Positions 42,428 to 54,794 of a stretch of DNA of 64,000 nt are shown piece after piece. The DNA comes from Alphaproteobacteria bacterium. Lineage in GTDB: Bacteria; Pseudomonadota; Alphaproteobacteria; SP197. Both the position numbers and the translations under genes were made by a program. Positions within the stretch are counted from its first letter, which is position 1; each line of letters begins with the position of its first letter. The notes below the pieces were generated by a model. That model had not been told where the DNA came from. It was given only the letters and a program-made list of their open reading frames with translations, and made no database searches. The stretch covers positions 2,144,001 to 2,208,000 of the forward strand of contig OZ245842.1 of NCBI GenBank assembly GCA_965228895.1, in the 5' to 3' direction.

Positions 42428-43720
42428 ATGCTGCAGGACAAGGACCGCATCTTTACCAACCTCTATGGCTTTGAGAGCCCGGGTCTGGAGGCCGCGCGCA
42501 GGCGTGGCGACTGGGACGGCACGGCGGCCATCCTGGCCAAGGGGCCGGATGCCATTGTCGAGGAAATCAAGACGTCCGGTCTCAGAGGCCGCGGTGGCGC
42601 CGGTTTCCCGTCGGGCCTTAAGTGGTCGTTCATGCCCAAGGAGCGGCCGGCCGGCCAACCAGCCTATCTGGTCGTCAACGCCGACGAGAGCGAGCCCGGC
42701 ACCTGCAAGGACCGCGACATCATGCGCCATGACCCGCACAAGCTGGTCGAGGGCTGCCTTATCGCCGGTTTCGCCATGCGCGCGGACGCCGCCTACATCT
42801 ATATCCGCGGCGAGTTCTATAACGAGTCCGTCGCGCTGCAGAGAGCGATCGACGAGGCTTATGATGCCGGCCTGGTGGGCAAGAATGCCTGCGGTTCCGG
42901 CTACGATTTCGATGTCTTCCTGCACCGCGGCGCCGGCGCCTATATCTGTGGCGAAGAAACCGCGCTCCTGGAGAGCCTGGAGGGCAAGAAAGGCCAGCCG
43001 CGCCTGAAACCGCCATTTCCGGCGATGGCCGGCCTTTACGGCTGTCCCTCCACCGTTACCAATGTGGAGACTGTGGCGGTTTCCCCGACCATCATGCGGC
43101 GCGGCGGCGACTGGTTCGCGTCCTTCGGGCGGCCCAAGAACGCGGGCACCAAACTCTTCTGCATCTCCGGCCACGTGAACGAGCCGTGCAACGTGGAAGA
43201 GGAGATGAGCATCCCGCTTAAGGAACTCATCGAAAAACACGCTGGTGGCGTTCGCGGCGGCTGGGACAATCTGCTGGCCATCATCCCCGGCGGTTCCTCG
43301 GTGCCGGTGATACCGAAGTCGGTTTGCGACGAGGTCCTGATGGACTTCGACGCGCTGGTGGAGGTGAAGTCGGGCCTGGGCACCGCCGCGGTCATCGTGA
43401 TGGACAAGTCCACCGACATCGTGCGGGCGATCTGGCGTCTCTCCAAATTCTACAAACACGAAAGCTGTGGCCAGTGCACGCCGTGCCGCGAAGGTACCGG
43501 CTGGATGATGCGGATCATGAAACGCCTGATCGACGGCGACGCCTCGATCGAAGAGATCGACATGCTGCAGGCCGTCACCAAGCAGGTCGAGGGCCACACC
43601 ATCTGCGCGCTGGGCGATGCGGCGGCTTGGCCGATCCAGGGTCTGATCCGCCATTTCCGGCCCGAGCTCGAAGAGCGCATCCGGGCACGTGGCGGCGCCA
43701 CGCCGGTCGCGGCGGAATAG
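42428..43720 (+). CDS. nuoF: NADH-quinone oxidoreductase subunit F
   Basis: [38 protein letters not shown]. Confidence 0.98.
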   Translation: MLQDKDRIFTNLYGFESPGLEAARRRGDWDGTAAILAKGPDAIVEEIKTSGLRGRGGAGFPSGLKWSFMPKERPAGQPAYLVVNADESEPGTCKDRDIMRHDPHKLVEGCLIAGFAMRADAAYIYIRGEFYNESVALQRAIDEAYDAGLVGKNACGSGYDFDVFLHRGAGAYICGEETALLESLEGKKGQPRLKPPFPAMAGLYGCPSTVTNVETVAVSPTIMRRGGDWFASFGRPKNAGTKLFCISGHVNEPCNVEEEMSIPLKELIEKHAGGVRGGWDNLLAIIPGGSSVPVIPKSVCDEVLMDFDALVEVKSGLGTAAVIVMDKSTDIVRAIWRLSKFYKHESCGQCTPCREGTGWMMRIMKRLIDGDASIEEIDMLQAVTKQVEGHTICALGDAAAWPIQGLIRHFRPELEERIRARGGATPVAAE

Positions 43721-43729
43721 GGGCGGGCG

Positions 43730-45802
43730 ATGACCGATACCGTCAAGCTCACCATCGATGGCGTCGAGATCGAGGTCGATAAACGGCTGACCCTGCTCCA
43801 GGCCTGTGAATTGGCGGGTGCGGAGGTGCCGCGCTTTTGTTTCCACGACCGCCTGTCGATCGCCGGCAACTGCCGGATGTGCCTGGTTCAGGTCGAAAAG
43901 GCGCCAAAGCCGGTGGCGTCCTGTGCCCAGCCGGTCGCCGACGGCATGGTCGTCCATACCCGCGGCGACATCGCCGGCGGCGCCCAGCGTGGCGCCATGG
44001 AGTTCCTGCTGATCAACCATCCGCTGGATTGCCCGATCTGCGATCAGGGTGGTGAATGCGACCTGCAGGATCAGGCCATGGGCTATGGCCTGGGCATCAG
44101 CCGGTTCCACGAACACAAGCGTTCGGTTCAGGAAAAAGAGTTCGGGCCGCTGATCAAGACCTTCATGACGCGCTGCATCCATTGCACGCGCTGTATCCGC
44201 TTCATGGACGAGGTCGCCGGTGTTCCGAGCCTGGGCGCGACCGGGCGTGGCGAGGACATGGAGATCACGACCTATATTGAGAACGGCATCAATTCCGAAC
44301 TCAGCGGCAACGTGATCGATCTGTGCCCCGTCGGGGCATTGACCTCCAAACCCTATGCCTTCGTCGCGCGGCCCTGGGAACTGAAGAAGACCGATTCCAT
44401 CGACGTGATGGATGCGATGGGCAGCAACATTCGCGTCGATGCGCGCGGCCGCGAGGTCCTGCGCGTCCTGCCGCGCCTGCACGAAGACATCAACGAAGAG
44501 TGGCTGTCGGATAAATCTCGCTTTGCGGTCGACGGCCTGATGCGCCGGCGTCTCGATACGCCCTATGTGCGCAAGGCCGGCAAGCTAGAGGCGGTGTCAT
44601 GGGATGAGGCGCTACAGGTCGCCGCCGCCAAACTAAACCGTACCGACGGCAGCAAGATCGCGGCCTTGGTCGGCGATCAGGCCGATTGTGAAGCGATGAC
44701 CGCCCTGGGTGCCCTTATGGATCAGAAGGGTTCGCCCCACCGCGATTGCCGCCTGGACGGCATGAAGGTCGATCCGGCCGTGCGGGCGTCCTATCTCTTC
44801 AACACGACCATTGCCGGTGTCGAACAGGCCGACGCTTGTCTGATCGTGGGTGCCAACCCGCGCAAGGAAGCCGCGCTGGTCAACGCGCGCCTGCGTAAAC
44901 GCTGGCTGATGGGCGGCTTCGAGGTCGGTGTTGTCGGCCCGCAGGTCGATCTGACCTATCCCTCAAGCTACCTGGGCGCTGGTCCGCGCACCCTGCAGGA
45001 GATCGCCGACGGCAGCCATGCCTTCGCCGATGTCCTGAAACGTGCCGAACGCCCCATGATCATCGTCGGCGCCGGCGCCCTGGCGCGCAACGACGGGGCG
45101 GCGGTGCTCGCCTTGGTGCACAGAATTGCCGAGGCCAGCGGTGCGGGCAGCGACGACTGGAACGGCGTCAACATCCTCCATACGGCGGCGTCACGGGTCG
45201 GCGGTCTCGACCTCGGCTTCGTGCCGGGCGAGGGCGGGCGCGATACGGCCGGCATCCTGGCGGGCGCCGAAGAGGGTGCCATCGAGGTCGTCTACCTGCT
45301 CGATGCCGATGGCCCGGGCCTGGAGCGGTTGGCCGACACCTTTGTGATCTATCAGGGCCACCACGGCGATAGCGGCGCGCATGTCGCCGATATCATCCTG
45401 CCGGGTGCGGCCTATACGGAAAAGGATGCGACTTACGTCAACATGGAAGGGCGCCCGCAGCAGGCCGCGCGCGCCGTGTTCCCACCGGGCGAGGCGCGCG
45501 AGGACTGGAAGATCATCCGGGCGCTGTCTGGCGCCATGGGCGCTGCCTTGCCGATGAACACGATCGACGATGTACGCGTCCGGATGTTTGAGGTCGCGCC
45601 CCATCTTGGCGCCAGCGACGAGATCGTCGCGGCGTCGTGGCAGGCTTTCGGAACCGCCGGCGCGGTCGACGACACACCGTTCAGCGCCGCCGTCGAGAAC
45701 TTCTACATGACGTGTCCGATCAGCCGGGCGTCGCCGACAATGGCCCAGTGCACCGAGGCCTTCGTCAGCACCGGCGGGGAGGCGACGGGAACCGATGGCT
45801 GA
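43730..45802 (+). CDS. nuoG: NADH-quinone oxidoreductase subunit G
   Basis: [43 protein letters not shown]. Confidence 0.98.
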   Translation: MTDTVKLTIDGVEIEVDKRLTLLQACELAGAEVPRFCFHDRLSIAGNCRMCLVQVEKAPKPVASCAQPVADGMVVHTRGDIAGGAQRGAMEFLLINHPLDCPICDQGGECDLQDQAMGYGLGISRFHEHKRSVQEKEFGPLIKTFMTRCIHCTRCIRFMDEVAGVPSLGATGRGEDMEITTYIENGINSELSGNVIDLCPVGALTSKPYAFVARPWELKKTDSIDVMDAMGSNIRVDARGREVLRVLPRLHEDINEEWLSDKSRFAVDGLMRRRLDTPYVRKAGKLEAVSWDEALQVAAAKLNRTDGSKIAALVGDQADCEAMTALGALMDQKGSPHRDCRLDGMKVDPAVRASYLFNTTIAGVEQADACLIVGANPRKEAALVNARLRKRWLMGGFEVGVVGPQVDLTYPSSYLGAGPRTLQEIADGSHAFADVLKRAERPMIIVGAGALARNDGAAVLALVHRIAEASGAGSDDWNGVNILHTAASRVGGLDLGFVPGEGGRDTAGILAGAEEGAIEVVYLLDADGPGLERLADTFVIYQGHHGDSGAHVADIILPGAAYTEKDATYVNMEGRPQQAARAVFPPGEAREDWKIIRALSGAMGAALPMNTIDDVRVRMFEVAPHLGASDEIVAASWQAFGTAGAVDDTPFSAAVENFYMTCPISRASPTMAQCTEAFVSTGGEATGTDG

Positions 45803-46823
45803 GTTTATCCAGTCGCCCTTCGTGACCGGCTATCTGTGGCCGTTCATCCTGATCGTGCTGTCGATTATCGCGATCATCGTGCCGGTGCTGATCGCGGTCG
45901 CCTACCTGACCTATGCCGAGCGCAAGGTCATGGCCGCCATGCAGCTGCGCATGGGCCCCAACGTGGTCGGCCCGTTCGGCTTGCTGCAGCCTTTCGCCGA
46001 TGGCCTGAAGCTCTTCGTCAAGGAAACCGTTATCCCGACCGGCGCCAACAAGGTCGTTTTTGTTCTGGCGCCGATGATCACCTTCATTCTGGCCATGGTC
46101 GGCTGGGCGGTGATCCCGTTCGACGACGGCTGGGTCCTCGCCGACATCAATGTCGGCATCCTCTATCTTTTCGCCGTCTCATCGCTCGGCGTCTACGGCA
46201 TTATCATGGCGGGCTGGGCGTCGAACTCGAAATACGCCTTCCTGGGCGCCCTGCGCTCGGCAGCCCAGATGGTCTCCTATGAGGTCGCCATCGGCTTCGT
46301 CCTGATCACCGTGCTGGTTTGCGTGGGATCGCTGAACCTCTCCGACATCGTCCGGGCCCAGGAAGAGGGCATCTGGTTCTTCATCCCGCTCTTCCCGATG
46401 TTCGTTATCTTCGTCATTTCAGCACTTGCCGAGACGAACCGGGCGCCGTTCGACCTGCCAGAGGCGGAGTCCGAACTGGTCGCCGGTTTCAATGTCGAGT
46501 ACTCGGCGATGACTTTCGCGCTCTTCTTCCTGGGCGAATACGCCAACATGATCCTGATGAGCGCGCTTGCTACCACGCTCTTCCTGGGCGGCTGGCTGGC
46601 GCCGTTCGGCGTCGAGCCCTTCACGTGGATCCCAGGCCCGATCTGGTTCATCTTGAAGGTCTGCGTCGTCCTTTTCTTCTTCCTGTGGGTGCGCGCGACA
46701 TTCCCGCGCTACCGCTACGACCAGCTCATGCGCCTGGGCTGGAAGGTCTTTTTGCCGATCTCGCTTGCCGCCGTCGTGATCGTCTCGGGCGCACTCGTTG
46801 TCTTCGATTGGTTGCCGCGATGA
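45795..46823 (+). CDS. nuoH: NADH-quinone oxidoreductase subunit H
   Basis: [43 protein letters not shown]. Confidence 0.98.
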   Translation: MAEFIQSPFVTGYLWPFILIVLSIIAIIVPVLIAVAYLTYAERKVMAAMQLRMGPNVVGPFGLLQPFADGLKLFVKETVIPTGANKVVFVLAPMITFILAMVGWAVIPFDDGWVLADINVGILYLFAVSSLGVYGIIMAGWASNSKYAFLGALRSAAQMVSYEVAIGFVLITVLVCVGSLNLSDIVRAQEEGIWFFIPLFPMFVIFVISALAETNRAPFDLPEAESELVAGFNVEYSAMTFALFFLGEYANMILMSALATTLFLGGWLAPFGVEPFTWIPGPIWFILKVCVVLFFFLWVRATFPRYRYDQLMRLGWKVFLPISLAAVVIVSGALVVFDWLPR

Positions 46824-46868
46824 AGCCCATCATGCTAAGGCGCCGCCCGTCCTGGGGAGACTTCTGAC

Positions 46869-47357
46869 ATGGCGTTTCTCGATCGCACCGCGCGCTCGCT
46901 TTTGCTGGCCGAACTGGTCTCCGGCATGTCGCTGACGTTCCGTTACATGTTCCGCCGGCGCGCGACCGTGAACTACCCCTATGAAAAGGGCCCGCTGTCG
47001 CCGCGTTTCCGGGGCGAGCATGCGTTGCGTCGCTATCCCAACGGCGAGGAACGCTGCATCGCCTGCAAGCTGTGCGAGGCGATCTGTCCGGCCCAGGCGA
47101 TCACCATCGAGGCCGAACCGCGCGATGACGGCAGCCGGCGCACGACCCGCTATGACATCGACATGACCAAGTGCATCTATTGCGGTTTCTGCGAGGAAGC
47201 CTGTCCGGTCGATGCCATTGTCGAGGGTCCCAATTTCGAATACGCGACGGAAACGCGCGAAGAACTGTTCTATGACAAGCAGAAGCTGCTCGATAACGGC
47301 GACCGCTGGGAACAGGAAATCGCCGCCCGTCTCGCCGCCGACGCACCCTATCGGTAA
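46869..47357 (+). CDS. nuoI: NADH-quinone oxidoreductase subunit I
   Basis: Two ferredoxin motifs, [12 protein letters not shown] and [12 protein letters not shown]. Confidence 0.98.
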   Translation: MAFLDRTARSLLLAELVSGMSLTFRYMFRRRATVNYPYEKGPLSPRFRGEHALRRYPNGEERCIACKLCEAICPAQAITIEAEPRDDGSRRTTRYDIDMTKCIYCGFCEEACPVDAIVEGPNFEYATETREELFYDKQKLLDNGDRWEQEIAARLAADAPYR

Positions 47358-47381
47358 CCGGGGCGCGAGGGGGCACCAGCT

Positions 47382-47993
47382 ATGATCATCCAGACCTTGG
47401 CGTTCTATGTCTTCGCCGCGATTACGGTCGCCTCGGCTGTCATGGTGATTTCGGCGCGCAATCCCGTTCACTCCGTCCTGTTCTTGATCCTGGCCTTCTT
47501 CAACTCTGCCGGTCTCTTCGTTCTGCTGGGCGCGGAGTTCCTGGCGATGGTGCTGGTCGTTGTCTATGTCGGCGCGGTCGCGGTGCTGTTCCTGTTCGTC
47601 GTCATGATGCTCGACATCAACATCACCGAGATGCGCCAGGGTTTCCTGCAATACCTGCCCATTGGTGGTCTCATAGGACTGATCCTGCTGGTCGAGCTGA
47701 TCCTGGTCGGCGGTGGCTGGGTGCTGCATCCCGAGCTGTTCGGCGCGGCACAGGCGCCGACGCCCCATCCGGCGATACGCTCCAACACCGCGGCGATCGG
47801 CGATCTGATGTACACCCGCTACGTCTTCCTGTTCCAAGGCGCCGGCATGGTTCTGCTGATCGCGATGATCGGCGCCATCGTTCTGACCCTGCGCCACCGC
47901 GCCGTTCGCCGTCAGGTCATCCGCGACCAGGTCGCGCGCCGCCCGGAAGATGTGGTCGAGGTCCGCAAGGTTCGGCCGGGGGAGGGCATCTGA
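47382..47993 (+). CDS. nuoJ: NADH-quinone oxidoreductase subunit J
   Basis: [29 protein letters not shown]. Confidence 0.97.
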   Translation: MIIQTLAFYVFAAITVASAVMVISARNPVHSVLFLILAFFNSAGLFVLLGAEFLAMVLVVVYVGAVAVLFLFVVMMLDINITEMRQGFLQYLPIGGLIGLILLVELILVGGGWVLHPELFGAAQAPTPHPAIRSNTAAIGDLMYTRYVFLFQGAGMVLLIAMIGAIVLTLRHRAVRRQVIRDQVARRPEDVVEVRKVRPGEGI

Positions 47994-47994
47994 C

Positions 47995-48303
47995 ATGGAA
48001 ATCGGTCTGGCCCATTACCTCACCGTCGGCGCGATCCTGTTTACGCTGGGCATCCTCGGCATCTTCCTGAACCGCAAGAACGTCATCATCATCTTGATGT
48101 CGGTCGAGCTGATGCTGCTTGCCGTCAACATCAACCTGGTGGCGTTTTCGGCCGAACTCGGTGATCTGGTTGGCCAGGTCTTCGCCATGCTCGTCTTGAC
48201 CGTCGCGGCGGCGGAGGCCGCCATTGGCCTTGCCATTCTGGTCGTCTATTTCCGCAACCGCGGTTCGATCGCGGTTGAGGATATCAACATGATGAAGGGC
48301 TGA
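47995..48303 (+). CDS. nuoK: NADH-quinone oxidoreductase subunit K
   Basis: [20 protein letters not shown]. Confidence 0.97.
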   Translation: MEIGLAHYLTVGAILFTLGILGIFLNRKNVIIILMSVELMLLAVNINLVAFSAELGDLVGQVFAMLVLTVAAAEAAIGLAILVVYFRNRGSIAVEDINMMKG

Positions 48304-48306
48304 CCG

Positions 48307-50238
48307 TTGCACGCCGCTATCGTCTTTCTGCCCTTGATCGGCGCCATCCTGTCGGGCTTCTCCGGCCGGCAGCTTGGCCCCAAATGGGCGCCGATCGTGA
48401 CCTGCGTTTTGATGGTCGCATGCTGCGCGCTGGCCTGGATCGTCTTCTTCGACATCACCGTGGCCGGCAACGTGCGCGAGGTCCAGCTCTTCACCTGGAT
48501 CGATTCCGGCGCGTTCGAGGTCGATTGGGCACTCTATTTCGACCAGGTGACGGCGGTGATGCTGGTCGTCGTGACGACGGTCTCCATGGTCGTCCACATC
48601 TATTCGATCGGCTATATGGAGCACGATCCGCACCGTCAGCGGTTCTTCGCCTACCTGTCGCTCTTCACGTTCTCCATGCTGATGCTGGTGACCGCCGACA
48701 ACTTCGTGCAGCTGTTCTTCGGCTGGGAAGGCGTCGGGCTGTGCAGCTATCTCTTGATCGGCTTCTGGTACAAGAAACCCACGGCCAACGCCGCGGCGAT
48801 CAAGGCCTTTGTCGTCAACCGGGTCGGCGATTTCGGTTTTGCGCTCGGCATCATGGGCGTTTTCCTGGTCTTCAACGCCGTCTCGTTCGACGCGGTGTTC
48901 AACGCAACGCCTGACGTTGCCGGTTCGACGTTCACCTTCCTGAACTGGGAAGTCGATACGCTGACGACGCTGTGTCTGCTGCTGTTTGTCGGCGCCATGG
49001 GCAAGTCGGCACAGGTGCCGCTGCACACCTGGCTGCCGGACGCCATGGAAGGTCCGACCCCGGTTTCGGCGCTGATCCATGCCGCCACCATGGTGACCGC
49101 CGGCGTCTTCATGGTGGTGCGCCTGTCGCCGATGTTCGAATACGCACCCTATGCGCTGATGTTCGTTGCTTTCATAGGGGCGACGACGGCGTTCTTCGCC
49201 GCCACCATCGGCATTGCGCAGAACGATATCAAACGGGTCATCGCCTATTCGACGTGCAGCCAGCTCGGTTACATGTTCTTTGCCTGTGGCGTCGGCGCCT
49301 ATGCCGCCGCGCTCTTCCATCTGGCGATGCACGCCTGCTTCAAGGCGCTGCTGTTCCTGGGCTCCGGCCAGGTCATTCACGCCATGCATGACGAGCAGGA
49401 CATGCGGCGCATGGGTGGGCTGTGGCGCAAGATACCAATCACCTATAGCTATATGTGGATCGGCAGTCTGGCGCTTGCCGGCATACCGTTCTTCGCCGGT
49501 TACTTTTCCAAGGACCTGATCATCGAGTCCGCCTTTGCCGCCCACACCAACATGGGGCTCTATGCCTATTGGATGGGTGTCGGCGGGGCGATCCTGACCG
49601 CGCTCTATTCCTGGCGTCTGATCTTCATGACCTTCCACGGCCGCCCGCGCATGTCCAAGGAGACCGAGGACCATGTGCACGAGGCGCCCAAGGTCATGTG
49701 GATGCCGCTGCTGATCCTGGTGCTGGGTTCGGTGTTCGGCGGTTTCGGCTTCCTGGGCGGCGTCATGGTCGCCGATGGCGGCGCGCCGTTCTTCGGCGAT
49801 TCCATCCTGGTGCTCGGCGACAACGTCATAGAGGAGGCTCACTACATTCCGTCATGGGCCATCTTCACGCCGCTGGTCGGCGCACTGCTCGGTATCGCGG
49901 CGGCTTTCGTCTGCTACATCTGGCGGCCGGCATGGCCGGGTCTCATCGCCAGCATGGGTCGGCCGATCTATCTGCTGCTGCTCAACAAGTACTACGTTGA
50001 CGAACTCTACGATTGGATGTTCGTGCGTCCGGCCAAGCGTCTCGGCAGAGGTTTGTGGAAGGCGATCGACGGTCAGGTCATCGACGGGTTGGGCCCGGAC
50101 GGCATCGCGGCGGCGACGCTGGATCTCGCCAGGAAGGCCAAGGTGCTGCAGTCCGGTTACGTCTACCACTATGCCTTTGCCATGCTGATCGGCGTCGCCA
50201 TCGTCGTCACGTGGTTCCTGTTCAGGACCGTGGGTTAG
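48307..50238 (+). CDS. nuoL: NADH-quinone oxidoreductase subunit L
   Basis: GWEGVGLCSYLLIGFW, NRVGD, KSAQ.PLHTWLPDAMEGPTPVSALIH; TTG start. Confidence 0.97.
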   Translation: MHAAIVFLPLIGAILSGFSGRQLGPKWAPIVTCVLMVACCALAWIVFFDITVAGNVREVQLFTWIDSGAFEVDWALYFDQVTAVMLVVVTTVSMVVHIYSIGYMEHDPHRQRFFAYLSLFTFSMLMLVTADNFVQLFFGWEGVGLCSYLLIGFWYKKPTANAAAIKAFVVNRVGDFGFALGIMGVFLVFNAVSFDAVFNATPDVAGSTFTFLNWEVDTLTTLCLLLFVGAMGKSAQVPLHTWLPDAMEGPTPVSALIHAATMVTAGVFMVVRLSPMFEYAPYALMFVAFIGATTAFFAATIGIAQNDIKRVIAYSTCSQLGYMFFACGVGAYAAALFHLAMHACFKALLFLGSGQVIHAMHDEQDMRRMGGLWRKIPITYSYMWIGSLALAGIPFFAGYFSKDLIIESAFAAHTNMGLYAYWMGVGGAILTALYSWRLIFMTFHGRPRMSKETEDHVHEAPKVMWMPLLILVLGSVFGGFGFLGGVMVADGGAPFFGDSILVLGDNVIEEAHYIPSWAIFTPLVGALLGIAAAFVCYIWRPAWPGLIASMGRPIYLLLLNKYYVDELYDWMFVRPAKRLGRGLWKAIDGQVIDGLGPDGIAAATLDLARKAKVLQSGYVYHYAFAMLIGVAIVVTWFLFRTVG

Positions 50239-50250
50239 GGGTGGTTCGGT

Positions 50251-51759
50251 ATGGCTGACTGGCCCCTTTTAACCCTGGCGATTGTGCTGCCCCTGATCGG
50301 GGCGGCGTTTATCCTCGCCATCCGTGGCGACGACGAAGAGGTGGTGAACCGCAATGCGCGTTATGTCGCGCTGTGGACATCGCTGTTGACGCTGATCGTC
50401 ACCGTCGTGATCTGGGTCCTGTTCGATCCCTCGACCCATGAGTTCCAGTTCGTCGAGCAGGCGCCTTGGATCCCGGCCTATGGCATCCAGTACTACCTGG
50501 GTATCGACGGCATCTCGCTCTTCCTGATCGTCTTGTCGGCGTTCTTAACCCCGGTCTGCATCCTGTGCAGCTGGGACTCGGTCAAGGTCAGGGTCAAGGA
50601 ATACATGATCGCGTTCCTGGTCATGGAAACGCTGATGATCGGCGTTTTTTGTGCGCTCGACTTCGTGCTCTTCTACCTCTTCTTCGAAGCCATGCTGATC
50701 CCGATGTTCCTGATCATCGGTGTCTGGGGCGGGCCGCGGCGCATCTATTCGGCCTTCAAGTTCTTCCTCTATACGCTGGTCGGCTCGGTACTGCTCTTGA
50801 TCGCTTTGTTGGTCATGTATTTCGAGACCGGCACGACCAACATCCCGGATCTGATGAACGCGGGCTTCGATGCCGATCTGCAGCGTTGGCTGTGGATCGC
50901 CATGTTTGCGTCCTTCGCGGTCAAGGTGCCGATGTGGCCGGTCCACACGTGGCTGCCCGACGCCCATGTCGAGGCGCCGACCGCCGGGTCGGTCATCCTG
51001 GCCGGCGTGCTCCTGAAAATGGGCGCTTACGGCTATCTGCGCTTCTCGCTTCCCATGCTGCCGGACGCGTCGGCTTATTTCGCGCCCTTCATCTTTGTCC
51101 TCAGCATCATCGCGATCATCTACACGTCCCTGGTTGCGCTGATGCAGGAGGATATGAAGAAGCTGATCGCCTATTCGTCGGTCGCCCATATGGGATTTGT
51201 GACCGCCGGCATCTTCACCATGAATCAGCAGGGCCTGGAAGGCGGCATCTTCCAGATGCTGAGCCACGGCGTCGTTTCGGCCGCGCTCTTCCTGTGTGTC
51301 GGCGTGGTCTATGACCGCATGCACACCCGCTTGATCGACCGCTATGGCGGGCTGGTCAACCGCATGCCGAAATACGCCTTCATCTTTATGGTCTTCATGC
51401 TGGCGTCGGTCGGCCTGCCGGGGACGTCGGGTTTCATCGGCGAGTTCCTGATCCTGGTCGGCACCTTCGAGGCTAACACCTGGGTCGCGCTGTTCGCCAC
51501 CACAGGCATCATCCTGGGCGCGACCTACATGCTGTGGCTGTATCGCCGTGTCGTCTTCGGTGAGATGGTCCGCGAGGACCTGCGCGACATCATGGATTGC
51601 AACCGGCGCGAACTGCTTTACTTCGTGCCGCTGATCATCGTGGTCCTGGTCATGGGCATTTATCCCGATGCGTTCCTGTCGGCCATGCACGCGTCTGTCG
51701 AGCACCTGGTCAATCAGACCCAGGGCACGGTTTCGGTCGCCCAAGTGGCGGCGAATTAG
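50251..51759 (+). CDS. nuoM: NADH-quinone oxidoreductase subunit M
   Basis: FAVKVPMWPVHTWLPDAHVEAP, LLKMG, AYSSVAHMG. Confidence 0.98.
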   Translation: MADWPLLTLAIVLPLIGAAFILAIRGDDEEVVNRNARYVALWTSLLTLIVTVVIWVLFDPSTHEFQFVEQAPWIPAYGIQYYLGIDGISLFLIVLSAFLTPVCILCSWDSVKVRVKEYMIAFLVMETLMIGVFCALDFVLFYLFFEAMLIPMFLIIGVWGGPRRIYSAFKFFLYTLVGSVLLLIALLVMYFETGTTNIPDLMNAGFDADLQRWLWIAMFASFAVKVPMWPVHTWLPDAHVEAPTAGSVILAGVLLKMGAYGYLRFSLPMLPDASAYFAPFIFVLSIIAIIYTSLVALMQEDMKKLIAYSSVAHMGFVTAGIFTMNQQGLEGGIFQMLSHGVVSAALFLCVGVVYDRMHTRLIDRYGGLVNRMPKYAFIFMVFMLASVGLPGTSGFIGEFLILVGTFEANTWVALFATTGIILGATYMLWLYRRVVFGEMVREDLRDIMDCNRRELLYFVPLIIVVLVMGIYPDAFLSAMHASVEHLVNQTQGTVSVAQVAAN

Positions 51760-51768
51760 GGGCGGGCG

Positions 51769-53256
51769 ATGAGTGAATTGGCAACCAACGACGTCATCCA
51801 GGTCCTGCCCGAGCTGTGGTTCGCGGTAGTCGCGATGGCGCTTTTGATGGTCGGCGCCTTCGCCGGCAACGGGGCGACGCGCCTGATCATGGTCCTGACC
51901 GTGGTCGCGTTCGTTGCGGCGGGTTTCCTGGTCGGTGTCGTGCCCGGACCGGACCAGGCGTTCGGCGGGTTGATCATCAACGACGATTTCTCCGTCTTCA
52001 TGAAGATCCTGGTTTTGATCGGCGGTGCCCTGACCCTCATTTTGAGTCTGGGATACCTGCGCCGTGAAGGCATCGAGCGTTTCGAGTATCCGATCCTGAT
52101 CATGCTGGCGACGCTCGGCATGTTCATCATGATTTCGGCCAACGACTTCATGTCGCTTTATGTCGGCCTGGAGATGCAGAGCTTGGCGCTCTACGTCTGC
52201 GCGGCGTTCCAGCGTGACAGCCTGCGCTCGTCGGAGGCCGGCTTGAAGTATTTCGTCTTGGGCGCGGTCGCCTCCGGCATGCTGCTTTATGGCTGCTCGA
52301 TGGTCTATGGCTTCTCCGGCACCACGTCGTTCGATGAGTTGGCTGGCTTGCTTGACGGTATGCCGCCGGAAGAGATCTCCATCGGCCTGATCGTCGGCCT
52401 GGTCTTCATTGCGGCCGGTCTGGCGTTCAAGGTTTCCGCCGTGCCGTTCCACATGTGGACGCCGGACGTCTATGAAGGCGCGCCGACACCTGTCACGGCC
52501 TTCTTTGCGGTGGCGCCGAAGATTGCCGCGATCGCGTTGCTGCTCCGGGTCATGATGGGTCCGTTCGAAGCGCTGTTCGACCAGTGGCAGCAAATCGTCT
52601 TCCTGCTCGCGGTCGCTTCAATGCTGCTGGGTGCGTTCGGTGCCATCGGCCAGCGCAACATCAAGCGGCTGATGGCCTATAGCTCGATCGGCCATGTCGG
52701 CTATGCACTGGTTGGTTTGGCGGCGGGCACGCAGGCCGGTATCAACGGCGTCGTCATCTATATGGCGATCTACCTGGCCATGGGGGCGGGTACGTGGGGT
52801 TGCATCCTGGCCATGCGCCGCCAGGACACCATGGTCGAGAGCATCGATGACCTCGCGGGCCTATCGACCAACAACCCCTCCATGGCGCTTGCCATCGCGA
52901 TCTTCATGTTTTCGATGGCCGGTATTCCGCCGCTCGCCGGTTTCTTCGGCAAGTTCTACGTCTTCATGGCGGCGGTCGATGCCGGGCTCTACACGCTGGC
53001 TGTGGTTGGCGTGCTGACCAGCGTGATCGGCGCGTTCTACTATCTGCGTGTCATCAAGATCATGTACTTCGATGATCCCGCCGAAAAGTTCGATGCCCCG
53101 GCTGGGCGTGAGATCTCCTATGTTGTCGCGATCACCGCGGCGTTCACGGCGCTTTTCTTCCTCTATACCGGTCCGCTTCTGTCGGGCGCCGATGCTGCGG
53201 CGTCGGCCTTGATGCCCGCGGCCGGTGATGCGGTGCAGGCGGCGCTTCTGCCGTGA
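51769..53256 (+). CDS. nuoN: NADH-quinone oxidoreductase subunit N
   Basis: [44 protein letters not shown]. Confidence 0.98.
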   Translation: MSELATNDVIQVLPELWFAVVAMALLMVGAFAGNGATRLIMVLTVVAFVAAGFLVGVVPGPDQAFGGLIINDDFSVFMKILVLIGGALTLILSLGYLRREGIERFEYPILIMLATLGMFIMISANDFMSLYVGLEMQSLALYVCAAFQRDSLRSSEAGLKYFVLGAVASGMLLYGCSMVYGFSGTTSFDELAGLLDGMPPEEISIGLIVGLVFIAAGLAFKVSAVPFHMWTPDVYEGAPTPVTAFFAVAPKIAAIALLLRVMMGPFEALFDQWQQIVFLLAVASMLLGAFGAIGQRNIKRLMAYSSIGHVGYALVGLAAGTQAGINGVVIYMAIYLAMGAGTWGCILAMRRQDTMVESIDDLAGLSTNNPSMALAIAIFMFSMAGIPPLAGFFGKFYVFMAAVDAGLYTLAVVGVLTSVIGAFYYLRVIKIMYFDDPAEKFDAPAGREISYVVAITAAFTALFFLYTGPLLSGADAAASALMPAAGDAVQAALLP

Positions 53257-54008
53257 CGATCAGACTGCCGGCCGGCTTTTCGCTGGTCGACCTTGAGACC
53301 ACCACCAGCACCAACGACGAAGCTCTGCGTCGCGCGCGTGAAGGTGCGCCCGAAGGCACGCTGGTCCTGGCGCGTCGGCAAACGGCAGGCCGTGGTCGGC
53401 GTGGGCGAGCCTATGTCTCGCCGCCCGGCAACCTCTTCGCCTCTTTGATTCTGCGGCCTGCCATGGCGCCCGATCTGGCGGCGCTGTCGGGTTTTGCCGC
53501 GTCACTCGCGATCGCCGAGACGATGGATGCGTTGGCGCCCAACCTACCGGCCGCAACTTGCAAATGGCCGAACGACGTACTGGTTGACGGCAAGAAGGTC
53601 GGTGCGATTTTGATCGAGGCATCCTCGACGCACGGGGTTGTTGATTCACTTGTCGTGGGCATCGGGATCAACCTGGTCGCCCATCCCGAGATTGCCGACT
53701 ATCCCGCCGGCGACCTTGCCGATCTCGGCGCGCCCGGCCTGACGCCCGATCGGTTTCTGGAGCGCCTTGCCGCCCACCTTGATCGCTGGCTCAAGGTGTG
53801 GCGTCAGGACGGCATGGCAGGGCTGCGCGAAGCGTGGCTGGCGCGCGCTGCCGGGCTGGGCAAACCGATCGAGGTGCGGTTGGAAAACACCAGCTTCTGC
53901 GGGCAATTTCGCGATCTCGATAGCGACGGCGCGCTCCTGTTGGACATGGAGGGCGGGGAATGCCGTAAGGTGACGGCAGGCGCGGTGTTCTTTCCGGAGG
54001 CGGCGTGA
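53253..54008 (+). CDS. birA: Biotin--protein ligase (class I, no HTH)
   Basis: [25 protein letters not shown]. Confidence 0.95.
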   Translation: MTIRLPAGFSLVDLETTTSTNDEALRRAREGAPEGTLVLARRQTAGRGRRGRAYVSPPGNLFASLILRPAMAPDLAALSGFAASLAIAETMDALAPNLPAATCKWPNDVLVDGKKVGAILIEASSTHGVVDSLVVGIGINLVAHPEIADYPAGDLADLGAPGLTPDRFLERLAAHLDRWLKVWRQDGMAGLREAWLARAAGLGKPIEVRLENTSFCGQFRDLDSDGALLLDMEGGECRKVTAGAVFFPEAA

Positions 54009-54793
54009 TGACAGGATTGCTTCTTGCGGTCGACCAAGGCAACTCCAACACGGAGTTTGCCGTGTTCGAGGGCACCGACATGAAAGGGCACTGGCGGACG
54101 TCAACCAAGGTCGAGACGACGGCCGACGAATACGTCGTGTGGCTCACCCAACTGTTCCGTTTGCAGGGCATCGACGAAACGGCGATTGATGCCGCGATCA
54201 TCTCCAGCGTTGTGCCGGGCGGCCTCTTCGAACTGCGCATGCTCTGCCGCAAACACTTCAAGGCCGACCCGCTGGTTATCGGCGAAGGCGTCGATCTGGG
54301 CATCAAGGTGCTGATTGATGAACCCTCCGAGGCCGGTGCCGATCGCCTGGCCAACGCGGTCGGCGGCTATGTGCGCTTCGGCGGGCCGCTGATCATTGTC
54401 GACTTCGGGACCGCGACCAATTTCGACATCATCGACGCGGACGGCAATTTCTGCGGCGGTGTGCTGGCACCGGGCATTTCTCTGGCGCTCGACGCCATGC
54501 ACCGTGTCTCCGCGCGGCTGCCCAGGGTCGGTGTCAGGCGGCCGCCCACGGTGATCGGCCGTAACACCGTTAACTCCATGGAATCAGGCGTCTATTGGGG
54601 TTATGTCGGTCTGATTGAAGGCACGGTCACCCGTATTCGTGCGGAGTACGGCGAGCCGATGAAGGTGGTGGCGACCGGGGGGCTCGGCCCCTTGTTTGAT
54701 GCGGCCACCGACACCATTGATAGTTATGACCCCGACGTGACCGTACGCGGCCTGTTGGAAATCTATCGACGGAACAGGCCCGACAACGCCTAG
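54005..54793 (+). CDS. coaX: Type III pantothenate kinase
   Basis: DQGNSN, SSVVP, GADR, DFGTAT, ATGG. Confidence 0.95.
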   Translation: MMTGLLLAVDQGNSNTEFAVFEGTDMKGHWRTSTKVETTADEYVVWLTQLFRLQGIDETAIDAAIISSVVPGGLFELRMLCRKHFKADPLVIGEGVDLGIKVLIDEPSEAGADRLANAVGGYVRFGGPLIIVDFGTATNFDIIDADGNFCGGVLAPGISLALDAMHRVSARLPRVGVRRPPTVIGRNTVNSMESGVYWGYVGLIEGTVTRIRAEYGEPMKVVATGGLGPLFDAATDTIDSYDPDVTVRGLLEIYRRNRPDNA

Positions 54794-54794
54794 C

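Noticed and set aside
42281-44482. Very long antisense ORFs (733 aa here; also 47917-49842, 50545-52593, 60378-62711, 19349-20932, 13220-14671)
   Set aside because: They lie in register opposite strongly codon-biased core genes, have no recognisable motifs, and are expected shadows in high-GC DNA.
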